DNA of 62,261 nucleotides, filler included, from Sanchytrium tribonematis (taxonomy: Eukaryota), in assembly GCA_018985235.1 (NCBI GenBank). It is 8 parts of 8 records of this genome, joined end to end, with 100 filler letters (N's around TTAATTAATTAA, not from the genome) between each part and the next. Parts side by side here need not be neighbours in the genome. Positions count along the whole stretch, not along the records: positions 1 to 7,765 come from JADGIG010000418.1; positions 7,866 to 15,577 come from JADGIG010000419.1; 6 more parts are not named here. One strand, given 5' to 3'. Shown here in pieces: positions 1-11,640 of the stretch. A model generated the notes under the pieces. That model was not told the DNA's origin. It did not search any database and was given only the letters and a program-made list of their open reading frames with translations. Each line of letters starts with the position of its first letter. The first letter of the stretch is position 1. Position numbers and translations under genes: made by a program.

Positions 1-2
1 AA

Positions 3-1149
3 AAACCGTCGAGTATACCTCCTTCTAATAATGGGCAGTATTACAGTGCGTTGGATCAAAATGATGATGAAAAATTGCTTTTAAGAACTATTATTAAAAT
101 TAAAAAAAATTCGAAATTCGAGCCTCCACTAGATTTAAATAGTAGACTATTAAATTTGCTATCACACCATAATATCAACATATTGCTGTCTTGTTTACAG
201 ATTCTAACATTTAACACCATATATACCGAAATTAATGCTGAGATCATATTTCCTTTCATTAATCACGAGGATTTTCGAATTCAAGAAGCGACTTGGAATA
301 TTATTTCCAATTTAATCTATTTTGAAGAGAGTCGTAGCGCATTTGATAAACTAAATCTTTTAGGCTCTATTGTAACTGTATTTACATTGCAAAGTGGGTC
401 ATTACAGTTGAGTGCTTTGAAGGCATTGGTCAACTACAGCTATTATTTTAAATTGAAATATGATATATTTTATATTTTGAATGAAAAGTTTATTTTATCG
501 GATGATGTCTCACTTAAACATTATGCATTGTTAATTTTATCCAATTTGCTTACATCAAAAGCGGTTTTGGATAAATTCGTTGATGTTAAATTTTTAGTCT
601 CATTAATTTCATTTTTAAAAAACACAGATCTAGCGGAATCAACTTTAAGATGCTTCATTTCAATATCAGCTGGTGGGAAAAAATATATTAAAATGATGGT
701 AGACAATAAAATTATAAGCGAGCTGGCGTCATTACAATATAGTTATAGGCAGCATGTCAATTCAATATTATTCAATATTGGATTGGAACCGGATTATAAT
801 TACGTCTTGGAACAATTTATTGACAAACTTACAAAAAATGATTTGGATCTTATGATTGTTTCAACTCTACAAAATAGTTATATTTCGAAAATTTATAAAA
901 TTTGCATACCAACATTTTGCAATAATTTGTTTAATTCTGATGTCATTGCTGCAATTAAAAATGTGTTTGATGCTGGTGAAATTGCTTCAGAAAGTAATTA
1001 AAACTTATTTAGAAAACTTGTATGTTCAAGAAGCTCAAAAATACCATATAGTTGAAAAACTTAAATTGAACGGGTCTTCTACTGCCTTGGATTTATTAGA
1101 ATTGTATTTTAGTGATTTAACCAAAGACTGGGTGATCATTAGTAAATAG
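3..1149 (+). CDS. ARM-repeat protein, divergent importin-alpha-like; 5'-partial; exons <3-993 and 1013-1149
   Basis: Frame open from the window start. Leu-rich helical repeats (e.g. QEATWNIISNL) and an EPPLD motif. Removing intron 994-1012 joins ORF 51..1001 to the 856..1149 frame, ending ...ALDLLELYF like importin-alpha C-termini. Confidence 0.6.
994..1012 (+). other. 19-nt spliceosomal intron
   Basis: gtaattaaaacttatttag; GT..AG, contains the in-frame stop, and its removal restores a continuous ORF. Confidence 0.8.
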
Positions 1150-1159
1150 CTTTATTAGA

Positions 1160-2038
1160 TTAGTCGCTAAGTTCTGAAATTGTAACATTCTTTTGAGTGG
1201 TGTCTTCATTTGATAAAGACTCAAGCCGAATATCATCGCCACTACTTGCTCTTAGGTTTCTTCGAAATTTGTTTCTAATATCAACACCATCCAAGTATTT
1301 TACAAATTTAACAATATAATACTTTGAGTCGCTGTCTACAGCAATAACAAACATGTAGTGCATCAAAAGACCAATCACCAAAGCACATAATACGTCTACT
1401 GTATAATGTAACCTAGATATAAGAACAAAAGTAATGGCGCAAATGCTCAACAACCACGACAAAATTCGAACTGTTAAAAATTTACAATAAAAATGGATCT
1501 GTATACATGCAGTTAGAACGGTGCTGGTGTGACCACTGAATATATTATCAGTGCAATTTGAGTGTGTTCCGGACATCAATTGGAGTAAACGAATAATGGC
1601 ATATTCATCTTTAATAATATCTGGTTTGCAATCCATTCCGAGTGGGCTTGGTACGGTCGTCATTACTATGAATATTCCTCTAGTAAAAAATAAAGTGCCT
1701 AATACAATTAAAGCGCGCCTGATAACGATTAGATTCCAGGGTGCGGGAATTGTAATCATAAATATTATACTCAACCAGAGCTCAGTCATTGTTAGTGCGT
1801 TTGCAACATACGCTAAATATTTGTAATTAGGAATGTTATTCAAAAATCTATCAAAAAGCGCATCTTGAGGTACATAATTATTTTCAGAAACAAAGAGCAT
1901 CGCAGCCCCAATAGTAAATGCTGCAAGCGCGTAAATAAAAGCTACACCGCTTCTTCTCCATTCGAGGCGTATTGGATGAAATTCATGGAAGGTGCTGAAG
2001 TTAAATCTTTTCCAATGCTTCATGATTTGTGCCCGCAT
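1160..2038 (-). CDS. Sphingomyelin synthase / IPC-synthase-like PAP2-family membrane enzyme
   Basis: Motifs TTVPSP, CTDNIFSGHT and SRLHYTVDV; about 6 TM helices. Confidence 0.85.
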   Translation of the reverse strand: MRAQIMKHWKRFNFSTFHEFHPIRLEWRRSGVAFIYALAAFTIGAAMLFVSENNYVPQDALFDRFLNNIPNYKYLAYVANALTMTELWLSIIFMITIPAPWNLIVIRRALIVLGTLFFTRGIFIVMTTVPSPLGMDCKPDIIKDEYAIIRLLQLMSGTHSNCTDNIFSGHTSTVLTACIQIHFYCKFLTVRILSWLLSICAITFVLISRLHYTVDVLCALVIGLLMHYMFVIAVDSDSKYYIVKFVKYLDGVDIRNKFRRNLRASSGDDIRLESLSNEDTTQKNVTISELSD

Positions 2039-2240
2039 CAAAAACGTGTTTCAGAATACAATTTATCTTTTAAATCAAGTAGACTCTGACTAAGCTACTC
2101 TTAGTAATTTGGTAGATTTATAATTAAAATCCCTAATTTTAAAGGGCAAAAAGCCGTAATATCTATAAATGTGGAGAACCAACTAGATTCCTCCAATCGC
2201 CGATCTAGTTCCTTTTTAGTCGAATGCGACCCGTCTCGCA

Positions 2241-2786
2241 ATGCAAAGCGAAAGTCAACAAAACAAGATTATCCCCACTGATCCCGAGGATCATGTACTG
2301 ATCGACCATCATGAAGATAAGCATAATAGAACAATATTGTTCGCAGTGGACCAGTCGTCCCATACTGAGTATGCTATGAAATGGTTAAAGAACAACTTTT
2401 TAAAAAGAGAGACTGATTTACTTGTTCTCGTAAACGTAAGAACATTCCCATCATTATACAATTATGGCAGTCCTCATGGGGATTTTCTCACAGCAGCATA
2501 TCAATTAGATGAGGAGGCTCGACGTGCATCTCATTCACTCTTGCAGAAATACGGCGGCGAGCTTAAGCAAAGCGGATATTTCGTAAGAGCTATTGCTATT
2601 CGTGGAGATCCAAGAAGTGAATTAGTTCGCAAGTCTACAGAACTCAAGGCTGACACCATTGTGGTTAGCAGCAGAGGTCTTGGTGCAATTAAAAGGACTT
2701 TTCTTGGAAGTACAAGTGATTACGTTTGTCATCATGCAACTTGTCCTGTGTTGGTTGTTAAGCAGCCCGGTGAATCCGATCAATAA
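2241..2786 (+). CDS. Universal stress protein (UspA domain)
   Basis: RTILFAVDQS start; GDPR..LV; IVVSSRGLGAIKRTFLGSTSDYVCHHATCPVLVV. Confidence 0.93.
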   Translation: MQSESQQNKIIPTDPEDHVLIDHHEDKHNRTILFAVDQSSHTEYAMKWLKNNFLKRETDLLVLVNVRTFPSLYNYGSPHGDFLTAAYQLDEEARRASHSLLQKYGGELKQSGYFVRAIAIRGDPRSELVRKSTELKADTIVVSSRGLGAIKRTFLGSTSDYVCHHATCPVLVVKQPGESDQ

Positions 2787-2820
2787 ATTTAAAATGATAT
2801 ATGATTTTTGTATTAACGTG

Positions 2821-3063
2821 TCATTTATTATATGCCGGCGGAGACTCGTACAACGGTGGAGGTAATGGGTTTTTTTCTTCAATAGCTCTGATACAAATGT
2901 CATGTATCTTTTTTAATTCTTGCAATTCAATGCTTGCTTCACCGAGACTTGAAGGTGAAATGCCATTTTGAAGTCTGTCAAGAAGTGATCCTTTGGTGTA
3001 CATGAAAAATGTCTTAGAGTTCCGAAGCCTTTTGTATAAGAGCAAGCAAATCCATCCAATCAA
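2821..3063 (-). CDS. Small hypothetical membrane protein with a PPPLY/PPAY tail
   Basis: Hydrophobic N-terminus and PY-like motifs; start codon uncertain. Confidence 0.35.
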   Translation of the reverse strand: MIGWICLLLYKRLRNSKTFFMYTKGSLLDRLQNGISPSSLGEASIELQELKKIHDICIRAIEEKNPLPPPLYESPPAYNK

Positions 3064-3134
3064 AATTGTAATTAAAGGATTTGATGAACCAAATAACCAA
3101 TATATTTGGATAAATTAAAATAGCAAGGACAAAT

Positions 3135-3518
3135 TTATTCGGATTTCTTAATAGCTCGAATAGGATTTGCTTTTTGTTTGGCTGCATATTCAACGGTTTT
3201 TTCTTTCCATTCGTCGTTCATTGTCTCAGGATATTTGTAGGTGGATTGCATTCCTAAAAATAAAACGCCAGTCACTGCTATAGTTGCAAGAGTGCCGAAT
3301 AAAACTTTGGTGTAATGATTTTTTGGCAACGGAGTTCTTTTGCCATGTGGTCCAAACTGACTGTAATAAATGGCCTGTTTTTGGACTTTGTTCAGTTGTG
3401 ACCAAGGTTGCTTTTGAAGTTCATCCAAATGCGCTAATGTTTGATTCTTTGTTTTCTTTTCAAGAGATTTCCATTGCAGATGAAGTTGTGATAAAGAAAT
3501 CGTTGAAGGTAATTTCAT
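3135..3518 (-). CDS. COX5: Cytochrome c oxidase subunit IV (fungal Cox5-type)
   Basis: PWSQL...KQAIYYSQFGPHGKRTP, one TM helix, PETMNDEWKEK...QKANPI. Confidence 0.9.
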   Translation of the reverse strand: MKLPSTISLSQLHLQWKSLEKKTKNQTLAHLDELQKQPWSQLNKVQKQAIYYSQFGPHGKRTPLPKNHYTKVLFGTLATIAVTGVLFLGMQSTYKYPETMNDEWKEKTVEYAAKQKANPIRAIKKSE

Positions 3519-3650
3519 AAGATTTCAAGGAGTGTTTATTTTAAAACTGGATAATTTCCGAACTAGTGTCATACTTCCAATTGCCTTGATTATCAACAAT
3601 ACGTTAGATTGGGTCTGCTAATCGAATTCTGAAAGTTGTGTGTAAGCCAC

Positions 3651-4781
3651 ATGGTTTCAATTGACTGTTTATCATTATATTATTTGGGAAAATCTTTGAA
3701 TTTGACCGCAGCATCCCAAAATATGATCCAGAATGGAGATTGCTGTTTTTTTACAGGCGTCACTTGTACATCGACCACAAATGGTCTTCGAATTAGTTCA
3801 ATCGTTTGGGACTACAAAGCAACCTCAAACTTTCAAGAAAATCTATCGGGCAATTTAAATATTACCGCAATGAAGTCGCTTGATTTTTTGCTCAGATTCA
3901 GCGCGTCTAATCAAAGGTTATCTGGTACTTTACCGCCATTTAAAAATATCTCAAATGTTCTAAATTTTTTTATTATCGACAACAATCAGATAAATGGCAC
4001 TATCAATGACTTAAACCAATTGTCCATTTTTAGTGCAAACTCCAACTATTTAGAAGGCTCCATACCAGCTTTTACGACGCGACTGGTTCAATTTTCGGCA
4101 AGTAATAATTTTCTCTCTGGTAAACTACCAACAATGGCTAAACCATTAGCAACGCTTAACATACACCACAATAATTTAGAAGGCACTTTTCCTCCCATAC
4201 CAAATAGCTTAAATATCATTATTGTGGATCACAATTCTTTTACTGGAAACATTAAGGTTGGCACCCCCATTCAGTTTTTGGTTCAAAATAACTTTTTTAC
4301 GTCTGTAGATATCATAGATTCTTCCTTGCTTACAAATTGTAATTTGTCGAGTAATTTTTTATCTACGAATGATGTTTTGATGCTCCCTGCCATTTGTGAG
4401 AAAAATGGAATGTTGACCACTACCAGTTTTATTGAAAATTTGCCATCTACAACTCTCGAAGATATCATATCTGTTGATTCGTTTTTTACTGCTCTTGAGA
4501 TCGAAACTTATGAATCGTCTTTTGAATTTTCAATGACTACCATTGAAGACTGGTCCTCTGAAGCAATTTTTACTGAGAGTACATCGATGCTTTTACCAGC
4601 AGAAATACCACCTCAAGAGGCAGAGTTGAGCAGCACTGATGTTTTGGTCGGGTTGGGTGTTATTTCAATTGTATTAATTATCGTATTGGCGTTGCTGTAT
4701 AATCATTCAAAAAAGAAAAGAGCAGAATTCAACAAGGTTTTGTTAGAGGTTGACGCGAAAAATCCTAACGGTTTTGTTTAA
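3651..4781 (+). CDS. LRR receptor-like surface protein (Cys N-cap, LRRs, S/T stalk, TM, short tail)
   Basis: SIDC...DCC..GVTC cap; LxxFxAxxNxLxGxxP repeats; CNLSSN..C cap; TM VLVGLGVISIVLIIVLALLY followed by KKKR. Confidence 0.85.
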   Translation: MVSIDCLSLYYLGKSLNLTAASQNMIQNGDCCFFTGVTCTSTTNGLRISSIVWDYKATSNFQENLSGNLNITAMKSLDFLLRFSASNQRLSGTLPPFKNISNVLNFFIIDNNQINGTINDLNQLSIFSANSNYLEGSIPAFTTRLVQFSASNNFLSGKLPTMAKPLATLNIHHNNLEGTFPPIPNSLNIIIVDHNSFTGNIKVGTPIQFLVQNNFFTSVDIIDSSLLTNCNLSSNFLSTNDVLMLPAICEKNGMLTTTSFIENLPSTTLEDIISVDSFFTALEIETYESSFEFSMTTIEDWSSEAIFTESTSMLLPAEIPPQEAELSSTDVLVGLGVISIVLIIVLALLYNHSKKKRAEFNKVLLEVDAKNPNGFV

Positions 4782-4795
4782 ATTTATTAGTAAAT

Positions 4796-5074
4796 TTATA
4801 CAAATCTAGAATTGTATCTACTGCTTTTATCTTGAGGGATTTGAGAAATTGCTGATGTCATTGAAAGTCTTCTATCTATTGAAAATCCTGGCTGGTGTGC
4901 CGCATAACCTTTAGAAAAATGTTTTCTTTTGTACAAGTAAGCAAAAAAAATTATTAGGGCGACAATTACAAGCCCATATAGGGTGATTGATAGTCCACAA
5001 CTAAGCCAGTCATTTAAAGTACCGTTTCTACCTGGATAAACATTTGAATAACCATTCTCAGAATCATTCGACAT
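4796..5074 (-). CDS. Small single-pass membrane protein
   Basis: One TM helix followed by YKRK. Confidence 0.5.
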   Translation of the reverse strand: MSNDSENGYSNVYPGRNGTLNDWLSCGLSITLYGLVIVALIIFFAYLYKRKHFSKGYAAHQPGFSIDRRLSMTSAISQIPQDKSSRYNSRFV

Positions 5075-5245
5075 TACTAGCAAGCCTCAGATTTTGGCTT
5101 TATTTTCAATGTTTCACAGCGCAATGGTCTTGGATTTTAGATCGTTTTACTGCAAATAGAACATTTAAATGTTTGAAATAACGAAACAAATTAGGAAGAT
5201 GATCTAATAAAAAGCAATACAAAATATGATGATTGCCACTATAAT

Positions 5246-6475
5246 TTATTCTTCGTGCTGATTAATAAATCCCTGAGCAGGGTCTCCGAATAATGCAATT
5301 TCACCATTCGGAACATCTGGAAATGCTTTCATATTGATCTCAAACGGCTTCAAAAATCTATCAACACTGTCTTGTTCAATCATTCCAGCATCTTTTAATA
5401 AGCCGCTAAATATTGCAGCAAGGTTAAAAAAAGTTTCTGCACTTAAAGTCGGATCAAACCTTGCTGCTAAGTAATATTTGTCAGGGCATTTAAAATCTAT
5501 ATCCATTGCGACAGGGCTATGGAATGGCTTAAATTTTTGAGGAACGTCTGATATATACATAAGACCGTTAGACATTTGAAAAGCAAGGCTAAAATATTCC
5601 AGATTTCTGACTTGCTTTAAAAATTGAATCATTGGCTCGACTTTCACATCAAATAGCTCATTAATGTTGTTCACTTTTACCAATAATTGCAGTCCTTTTA
5701 ACTTTTTTGCAAGAAAATATTTGATTTGACAATAAAGTATACCGTAAAAGTCGATGTAATCAAGCGTATCTGGTATTGGATATGCACTACAATGATAGCA
5801 AGTAAGACTGTTTAATTTTGGAAAACAAGAAAAATCATAATCCCTGACATGTATTGAAGCTGGTACGTCAATAACAAGTTGAGTTACATTTAAAAAAGTG
5901 CGTGCCATAGGTTTTAAAGTTCTGGACGATGCTTTGAAGTTAATAATCTCTAATTTAGTAATGTTTGATAGCTCTTCGAAGTGACTAAAGCAATCCAAGT
6001 TATTCAAAGTTAGAGACATGATTGTTGGGTGATCTTTTATAGCAACTACATCCCGAGTCCAATTGTACAAGTTAACATGGTCCACATTTACTTGTGGAAT
6101 CCAACAGAGTATGTTGTTGAACACTGTTGTCAAATGAAGCAAACTTTTATCAGATAGAAACTCTCCAATTGCACCAGCCAACTTTTTTGGGATGCGGATT
6201 GTTTTCTTTTTGGGATAATTTTTACCTTCTAAGACCAGAGATTCAAGATCCAAATCACTCAAAAACTCTACCCTTTCGGGTTCGGTGGTTTTTTCGAGAA
6301 CTAAAGTCAGTTCTCGAATTAATTCTTTGTATTTTAAAATCTCTAAAAATTCCACATCAATAGTTGCTTTTCTGAATATTATTGGATTTATGGTTTTACA
6401 AAATGATCTATTGACTAACCTAAGAGTTTTCAAATCGCTACAAAATGGCAGAATCAATTCCCAGATGCTGTCCAT
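5246..6475 (-). CDS. F-box protein with LRR-like C-terminal region
   Basis: N-terminal IWELILPFCSDLKTLRLVNRSF..I.PIIFR F-box pattern; LxxLxL repeats. Confidence 0.7.
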   Translation of the reverse strand: MDSIWELILPFCSDLKTLRLVNRSFCKTINPIIFRKATIDVEFLEILKYKELIRELTLVLEKTTEPERVEFLSDLDLESLVLEGKNYPKKKTIRIPKKLAGAIGEFLSDKSLLHLTTVFNNILCWIPQVNVDHVNLYNWTRDVVAIKDHPTIMSLTLNNLDCFSHFEELSNITKLEIINFKASSRTLKPMARTFLNVTQLVIDVPASIHVRDYDFSCFPKLNSLTCYHCSAYPIPDTLDYIDFYGILYCQIKYFLAKKLKGLQLLVKVNNINELFDVKVEPMIQFLKQVRNLEYFSLAFQMSNGLMYISDVPQKFKPFHSPVAMDIDFKCPDKYYLAARFDPTLSAETFFNLAAIFSGLLKDAGMIEQDSVDRFLKPFEINMKAFPDVPNGEIALFGDPAQGFINQHEE

Positions 6476-6787
6476 GTTTTCCCCACGTTAGAACTCAGAA
6501 ACAATTTCAATGGTATCACGATTGCACCCATAAGGGGGGTTAGATAGGCGGTCAATTGAATCAAATTCATCAGTTAGCTTTTGTTGAGATATAATCTTTT
6601 ACGAGCGGCGGTTTATTTTTTTCAAAGGTAGGGCAAGTAAAATTGAAGCTACTTTAACAATATTGGTTTATTTGCATTGTGGTATATAATTTGCAATGAA
6701 CAAATGGCAAAAAAAATTCCATAAGAAGTTTCTACTTTTTTGATTGGACACAAACTGTATATAAGCCAACAATAGAAGGAGAAAACA

Positions 6788-7228
6788 ATGGCAAGCACAA
6801 AGCAAATGGTCGATGAATACGCTGAAAAGCTGGGAAATTTAGGTGATATTGAGAAGCAATGGGCGGTTAAATCCCTCCATCATGCTGAAACTTATCAAAA
6901 ATTGATACAGACAACGAAAGCGAGCAATCTTAAATTGACAAAAAATGACAAGGAGATTTACGATGCATTTAAGAAACAATTTGGTATGAAAGTCGATATA
7001 CTTGATGCTGAATTATTTAAATCCGAAGCTTATAAATCAAAGTGGAGAGATTTTATAAAGCAATTTGAACATGTCAAAGATTACAATTTTGGAACTCTTG
7101 TCAGAATTGACTGCGCGAAAGAATACACAGAGGAAAATACTCTTTTTGTCCTTAGAATTCAATTCTATGCGGTAGAAATTGTTAGAAACTTAGATAAACT
7201 GAACGACCCTTTGAGCCAAAATAAATAA
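6788..7228 (+). CDS. PBDC1: PBDC1 / YPL225W family protein
   Basis: DIEKQWAVK, KWRDFI, DYNFGTLVRID, FVLRIQFYAVEIVRN. Confidence 0.9.
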   Translation: MASTKQMVDEYAEKLGNLGDIEKQWAVKSLHHAETYQKLIQTTKASNLKLTKNDKEIYDAFKKQFGMKVDILDAELFKSEAYKSKWRDFIKQFEHVKDYNFGTLVRIDCAKEYTEENTLFVLRIQFYAVEIVRNLDKLNDPLSQNK

Positions 7229-7765
7229 GTTTTCATGGTAATTAAAGTTTTCTTCGTTCCAAAAAAACTAATCATAAATTTACAAAGAAAAGATTGCTTT
7301 CATCGAAGTGCTAAATTTAAACAGTTTGATAGAGGTGGCATTCAAAATATTAATTATTTTCTGTACTTTCTATAGTTGACCGATTTATGCTGATCATAAA
7401 ATTGGAATAGTCAAAAAAAATTTAAAAAAGACTTTAAATTATGTTTCGAGAGTTACTTTTATCGCCCTCAAGTCTGTTCGTTTCGTTTTGGCCGAGTTTG
7501 GTTTCATTATGGAAGAAAAAAATACAGTTGGATACTCATATAGTGGCAGTAACTCAATATTGAAGCATTACAAGAGATAACGATATTGTTAGACAATGTA
7601 ATATTTTGTAGGAAATACGGCCATAAGCAATCGATTTCAATTTACTCGGTCAAAGCCGTTGAAATTAATGAGCATAAATTTAAAAGTAAAAGAATAATTT
7701 TCTCCTTAATGGCATTTGCTTCACTGCTTTATGGAATTGGAGCAGCTGTCTTTTCCTCTTTGTTA

Positions 7766-7865
7766 NNNNNNNNNNNNNNNNNNNNNNNNNNNNNNNNNNN
7801 NNNNNNNNNTTAATTAATTAANNNNNNNNNNNNNNNNNNNNNNNNNNNNNNNNNNNNNNNNNNNN
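7766..7865. other. Artificial contig spacer
   Basis: 100-nt N run with a central six-frame-stop linker TTAATTAATTAA. Confidence 0.98.
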
Positions 7866-10800
7866 TGATTTAATCGCAATTGCTATTAAAAATGAGAAAT
7901 TTAAAAGATTTCAAATAATAGATATTGTGGAAAATAATGATTGCGGCAGCAGTGGAGGTGCCATTTTTGTGAAGACTAGCATCCGTAAAGATTGCACATT
8001 GATGCATTTCTAATTGACTTTGAATTTCATTAATTTTTGGGAGGAAAGGGGCGATTGTTTCCCCTTGTTGTCGTGGTTTCACTATTGTGCACTTTTCTTC
8101 TGAGATTGTGGAATTCAAGGCGAGTTTAAGGTGGCATTTGTACATGCCATTCACGAATTTGTGATTATTATTACAGTTTTGACATCGGATTTGAGATGGT
8201 GGCTTGTAATTTCTTTTTATAATTTGCTCTAAAGTCTTATTTTGATTTAATAATTTCATTACATTTCTATTCGGAGTGAAAGACATTCTTACTTTGGGTG
8301 AGTAATATAATGTATCAGGCTGGTTCATTTTAATACTCAACTTATTGTGAAATCTACTAATTAATTCTATCCATCTTTTTCCAAATGTATCGTAATGAAA
8401 TATAAATCTTAAATCATCATTTGGAAAGTAGCGAGGGAAAGAACACAGATTTCTGAGGGATCTGTTGATAAATGCATCAATCTTCTTGACTATTTTTGGA
8501 TCACATTCCATCAAACACAGACCATATTCGATACATGGTCTTATGAATGAGCCAAAAGCACGACTCAAATGCTCTATTTTGACAGAATTCCTGAATACTC
8601 CTCCATAGCGGAGATCTCTTAATTTCATTCTTGCCACTCTCAAATTCTTTTCAATTTGCTCTTCTAAAAATATTCCAAATTTGTTGATACGAAAACCCAA
8701 CCATGTCACAAATTTCACTTCGACAATGGTGGTTTTCTCCTCATTCAATCCTAAATTAATGCTTTCTAGAGCATCATTAATCTGAAACAAGACCTGCTGT
8801 GTCATTTCTTTGTGACACAAAACAAGCAAGTCATCAGCATACCATATTAAATGGGTATTTGGTAATTGGATATGTTTTGTATAGTGATAAACAACAGCCG
8901 TAAAGATCAAGGGCGAAAGGACTGAGCCTTGTAGGATACCCTGATTTATTTTTGATCTTTGCGAAATGTTGTTGCCAATTTTTAATTGAATTTGTTGCTG
9001 TGTGATTAGATTAAATATGATTATTTTAACTGGTTGGCTTAAACTAGATTCAAATAAATATTCACTGATTTTGGAATGGGAAAGTGAATCGAATGCTGAA
9101 GCAACATCGGCTTGAATTGTGTCATATTGATATATTTCGTCCCCCAATGATTCCACAATACTCATGTATTTATGCGCTGCATCCATTGTACTGGATTGTG
9201 GTTTATAAGCGTATTGATTGTCCCCAGATGGGCAACAATCCATCACTTCTTTTTTTAAAATAATTTCTAGCAATTTTTTCATTGCATTGGATAGGCATAT
9301 TGGTCTGTAAAACTTTAAATCATTATAAATTCTGGATTTATTCTTGTGAATTGGTCGTATAAAGTTGTCGTGGAATGAAATTGGAGTGATACCAGTAAAT
9401 ATAATCAAATTATAGAAACAGTGTAAAATGGGTCCCATTGTCTCTTCAGAATGGATGAGAAACTCATTGGGAGTGTTGTCTGGACCATATGATTTATTTT
9501 TGGGTAGTTTATTGAGAATGGATTTGAATGTCTCTATTGTGACATATTCGGTAATTGTGGTGCTTGTGGTTGGTTGTTCTTGGTAGAATAATGCTGTTTC
9601 AGAGCGGTCTAACAGCCATTTATCATCCCATTTGTTAATATGTGTATCCATTTCATGGATATCAAGTGTTTGCGACTTGATTTTCTTTCTATTTAAATTT
9701 ATTTTGGCGACTTTAATTATAAAATTGAACATCAGAGACGCCATTTCTCTTGATTCTTGGATGATTCTATCAGCTAGCTCTGATTGGTCAAGTAACAGTG
9801 CTTCCATGATTTCAGCAAGTTCTCTCAATTCGATTTTGGAATGTGATGTGGTGAAACCAATGTATTCCTCTCCTGCTCCAATGGATGATGCTTCAATTTA
9901 ACAATCATTTTACCCAATGTTGCATCTATTAATTGACATTTTCGAATAGCACATAATATAGCAAATAATTCATATTCTTCTAAATCCACATGATCCAATA
10001 AATATCTAAAGTATACTACAGGCCAATTTGAGAATTTGATTAATAATATTTCGTTCAATTTCTCCATTTTATCAAAATCAAATCTGTCATTTAAACCATA
10101 TTGAATCACATTTTTAATATCAAATCTATCAAAATATATATTTACAAGTTCTGTTGGTAGCCAGTCTCTTACTTTATCATTTAAGGGATGAAATCTATGA
10201 TAATCTGCAAATATATCCTCAAATGTATTTTTTTTGAGAAATGGTGTCTCTGATGTTCAATAATTGTTTCCAAGTCACAATCAAAGGTCTTATTATGTCT
10301 TTTAGAGTTACGCAATTTACATAATTCAATAAAGGCGCTTGTTTGATCTTCATTGACATTTTCCAAATATTTTTCAAACTCTTCTTTCTTCTCCTTTGAT
10401 CTTTGACGTTTGATTTCTTTATTAATAGAGTTTATCTGCTGTTTGATAATTATTTGTCTGTTACGAGTGATGTTTCTTTTTCGTAGTTTTCGTTTGAGCT
10501 TCTGCTTTCGGATGGCTAAAATCTGAATGATTTCATCACAATCTTTCATTTGATTTCTATCTAGTATGTTACACGTACCCAGGGCTATTTTAGCATGCTT
10601 TATACAAGTCTTTAGGATATAATCCCATTTTCTATTAATGGAAAATGCTTCAAATGCGTGACTTTTAGACTTGAAATCAGTCTCCAATTTTAATCGCAAC
10701 GCATTTAGTGCATATGGATCGTTTCTTAGTTTGCTCCAACGTATGGAACGTAGAATTGATATAGGTGTATCCAAGAAGTATTGGAATTTGATTGGAAAAT

Positions 10801-11640
10801 GATCAGAGTTTGTGCAATCATCTGTTAGTACTATAACGGGTCCTACACTACCAATTTTAGATTGATGAGCAATAACAATGTCATTTATATTAATTCCTCT
10901 TTTCATTGTACTTATAAAAGGTGTATTTCTACACGAGTAGGAATGGTCCGAAATCAATGCCTCAAATCCTCTTCCAATTCCATTAGAACCATTTTGTATT
11001 GATGGCATGTGCATGTTGGCGTCTCCAATGATGATACTTTTTAATGTAAATGCGTTGGTGAGCTCCGAATGAATGATAGAGAGAGAATGCATCATTCTAG
11101 GGGGAACATAGAGAAAGGAGAAAACATGTCCATCGATTTTAACATTATGGCAAAAGTTACTGTTTGAATTAATTTGACTTATATTATTGATGCCTGTTTT
11201 TATATATACACATTGACGATCAACTTCATGTGTAAACCGAAATTTGTATTGCGAATACCCTAACAAGCGGATATCTTTCTTTTCATTCATTCGATACTCT
11301 GTCAAATGCATTATATCAGGATTGTGATTGTCCACTAGCGATCTGAGCTCTGTTTCAAGGCTCCCATTTCGATTTCCACGGCAATTGTAGGAAATAATAT
11401 CAAAAGTATGAATTTGATCTGCCACGCTGTAGTCTGTCAGGATATCGCCATTACCACCTCTTATCCTGGCTTGAATTTCTATATTTGTTGTCCATTTATC
11501 TATAATAAATTCATCGGTAATCAATTTGGATCCATTTAGAATTTTGGATTCCATCCAGTTAATGTTTGATATTCTATTATTTATAAAGTTTCGGACATCT
11601 GTCAGTTTACAATGCTTGTGGTAATAAAAAGGGTGCAACT
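7866..11640 (-). mobile_element. Non-LTR retrotransposon LINE-A: Ubl - APE endonuclease - insert - RT - Zn knuckle - RNase H; three frameshifts; truncated at both ends
   Basis: APE motifs ISYNCRG, HLTE, YVPP, IIGDAN, SDHFPI. RT motifs KSYGPD, YRPICL, DVASAFDS, GILQGSVLSP, WYADD, WLG. CxxC...H...C knuckle and IFTDAS RNase H start. Frameshifts near 10232, 10135 and 9898 lie in homopolymers. Confidence 0.92.

Noticed and set aside
7509..7765. Gene start with a possible 17-nt intron (gtaactcaatattgaag)
   Set aside because: No recognisable protein to validate it, and it is truncated by the gap.
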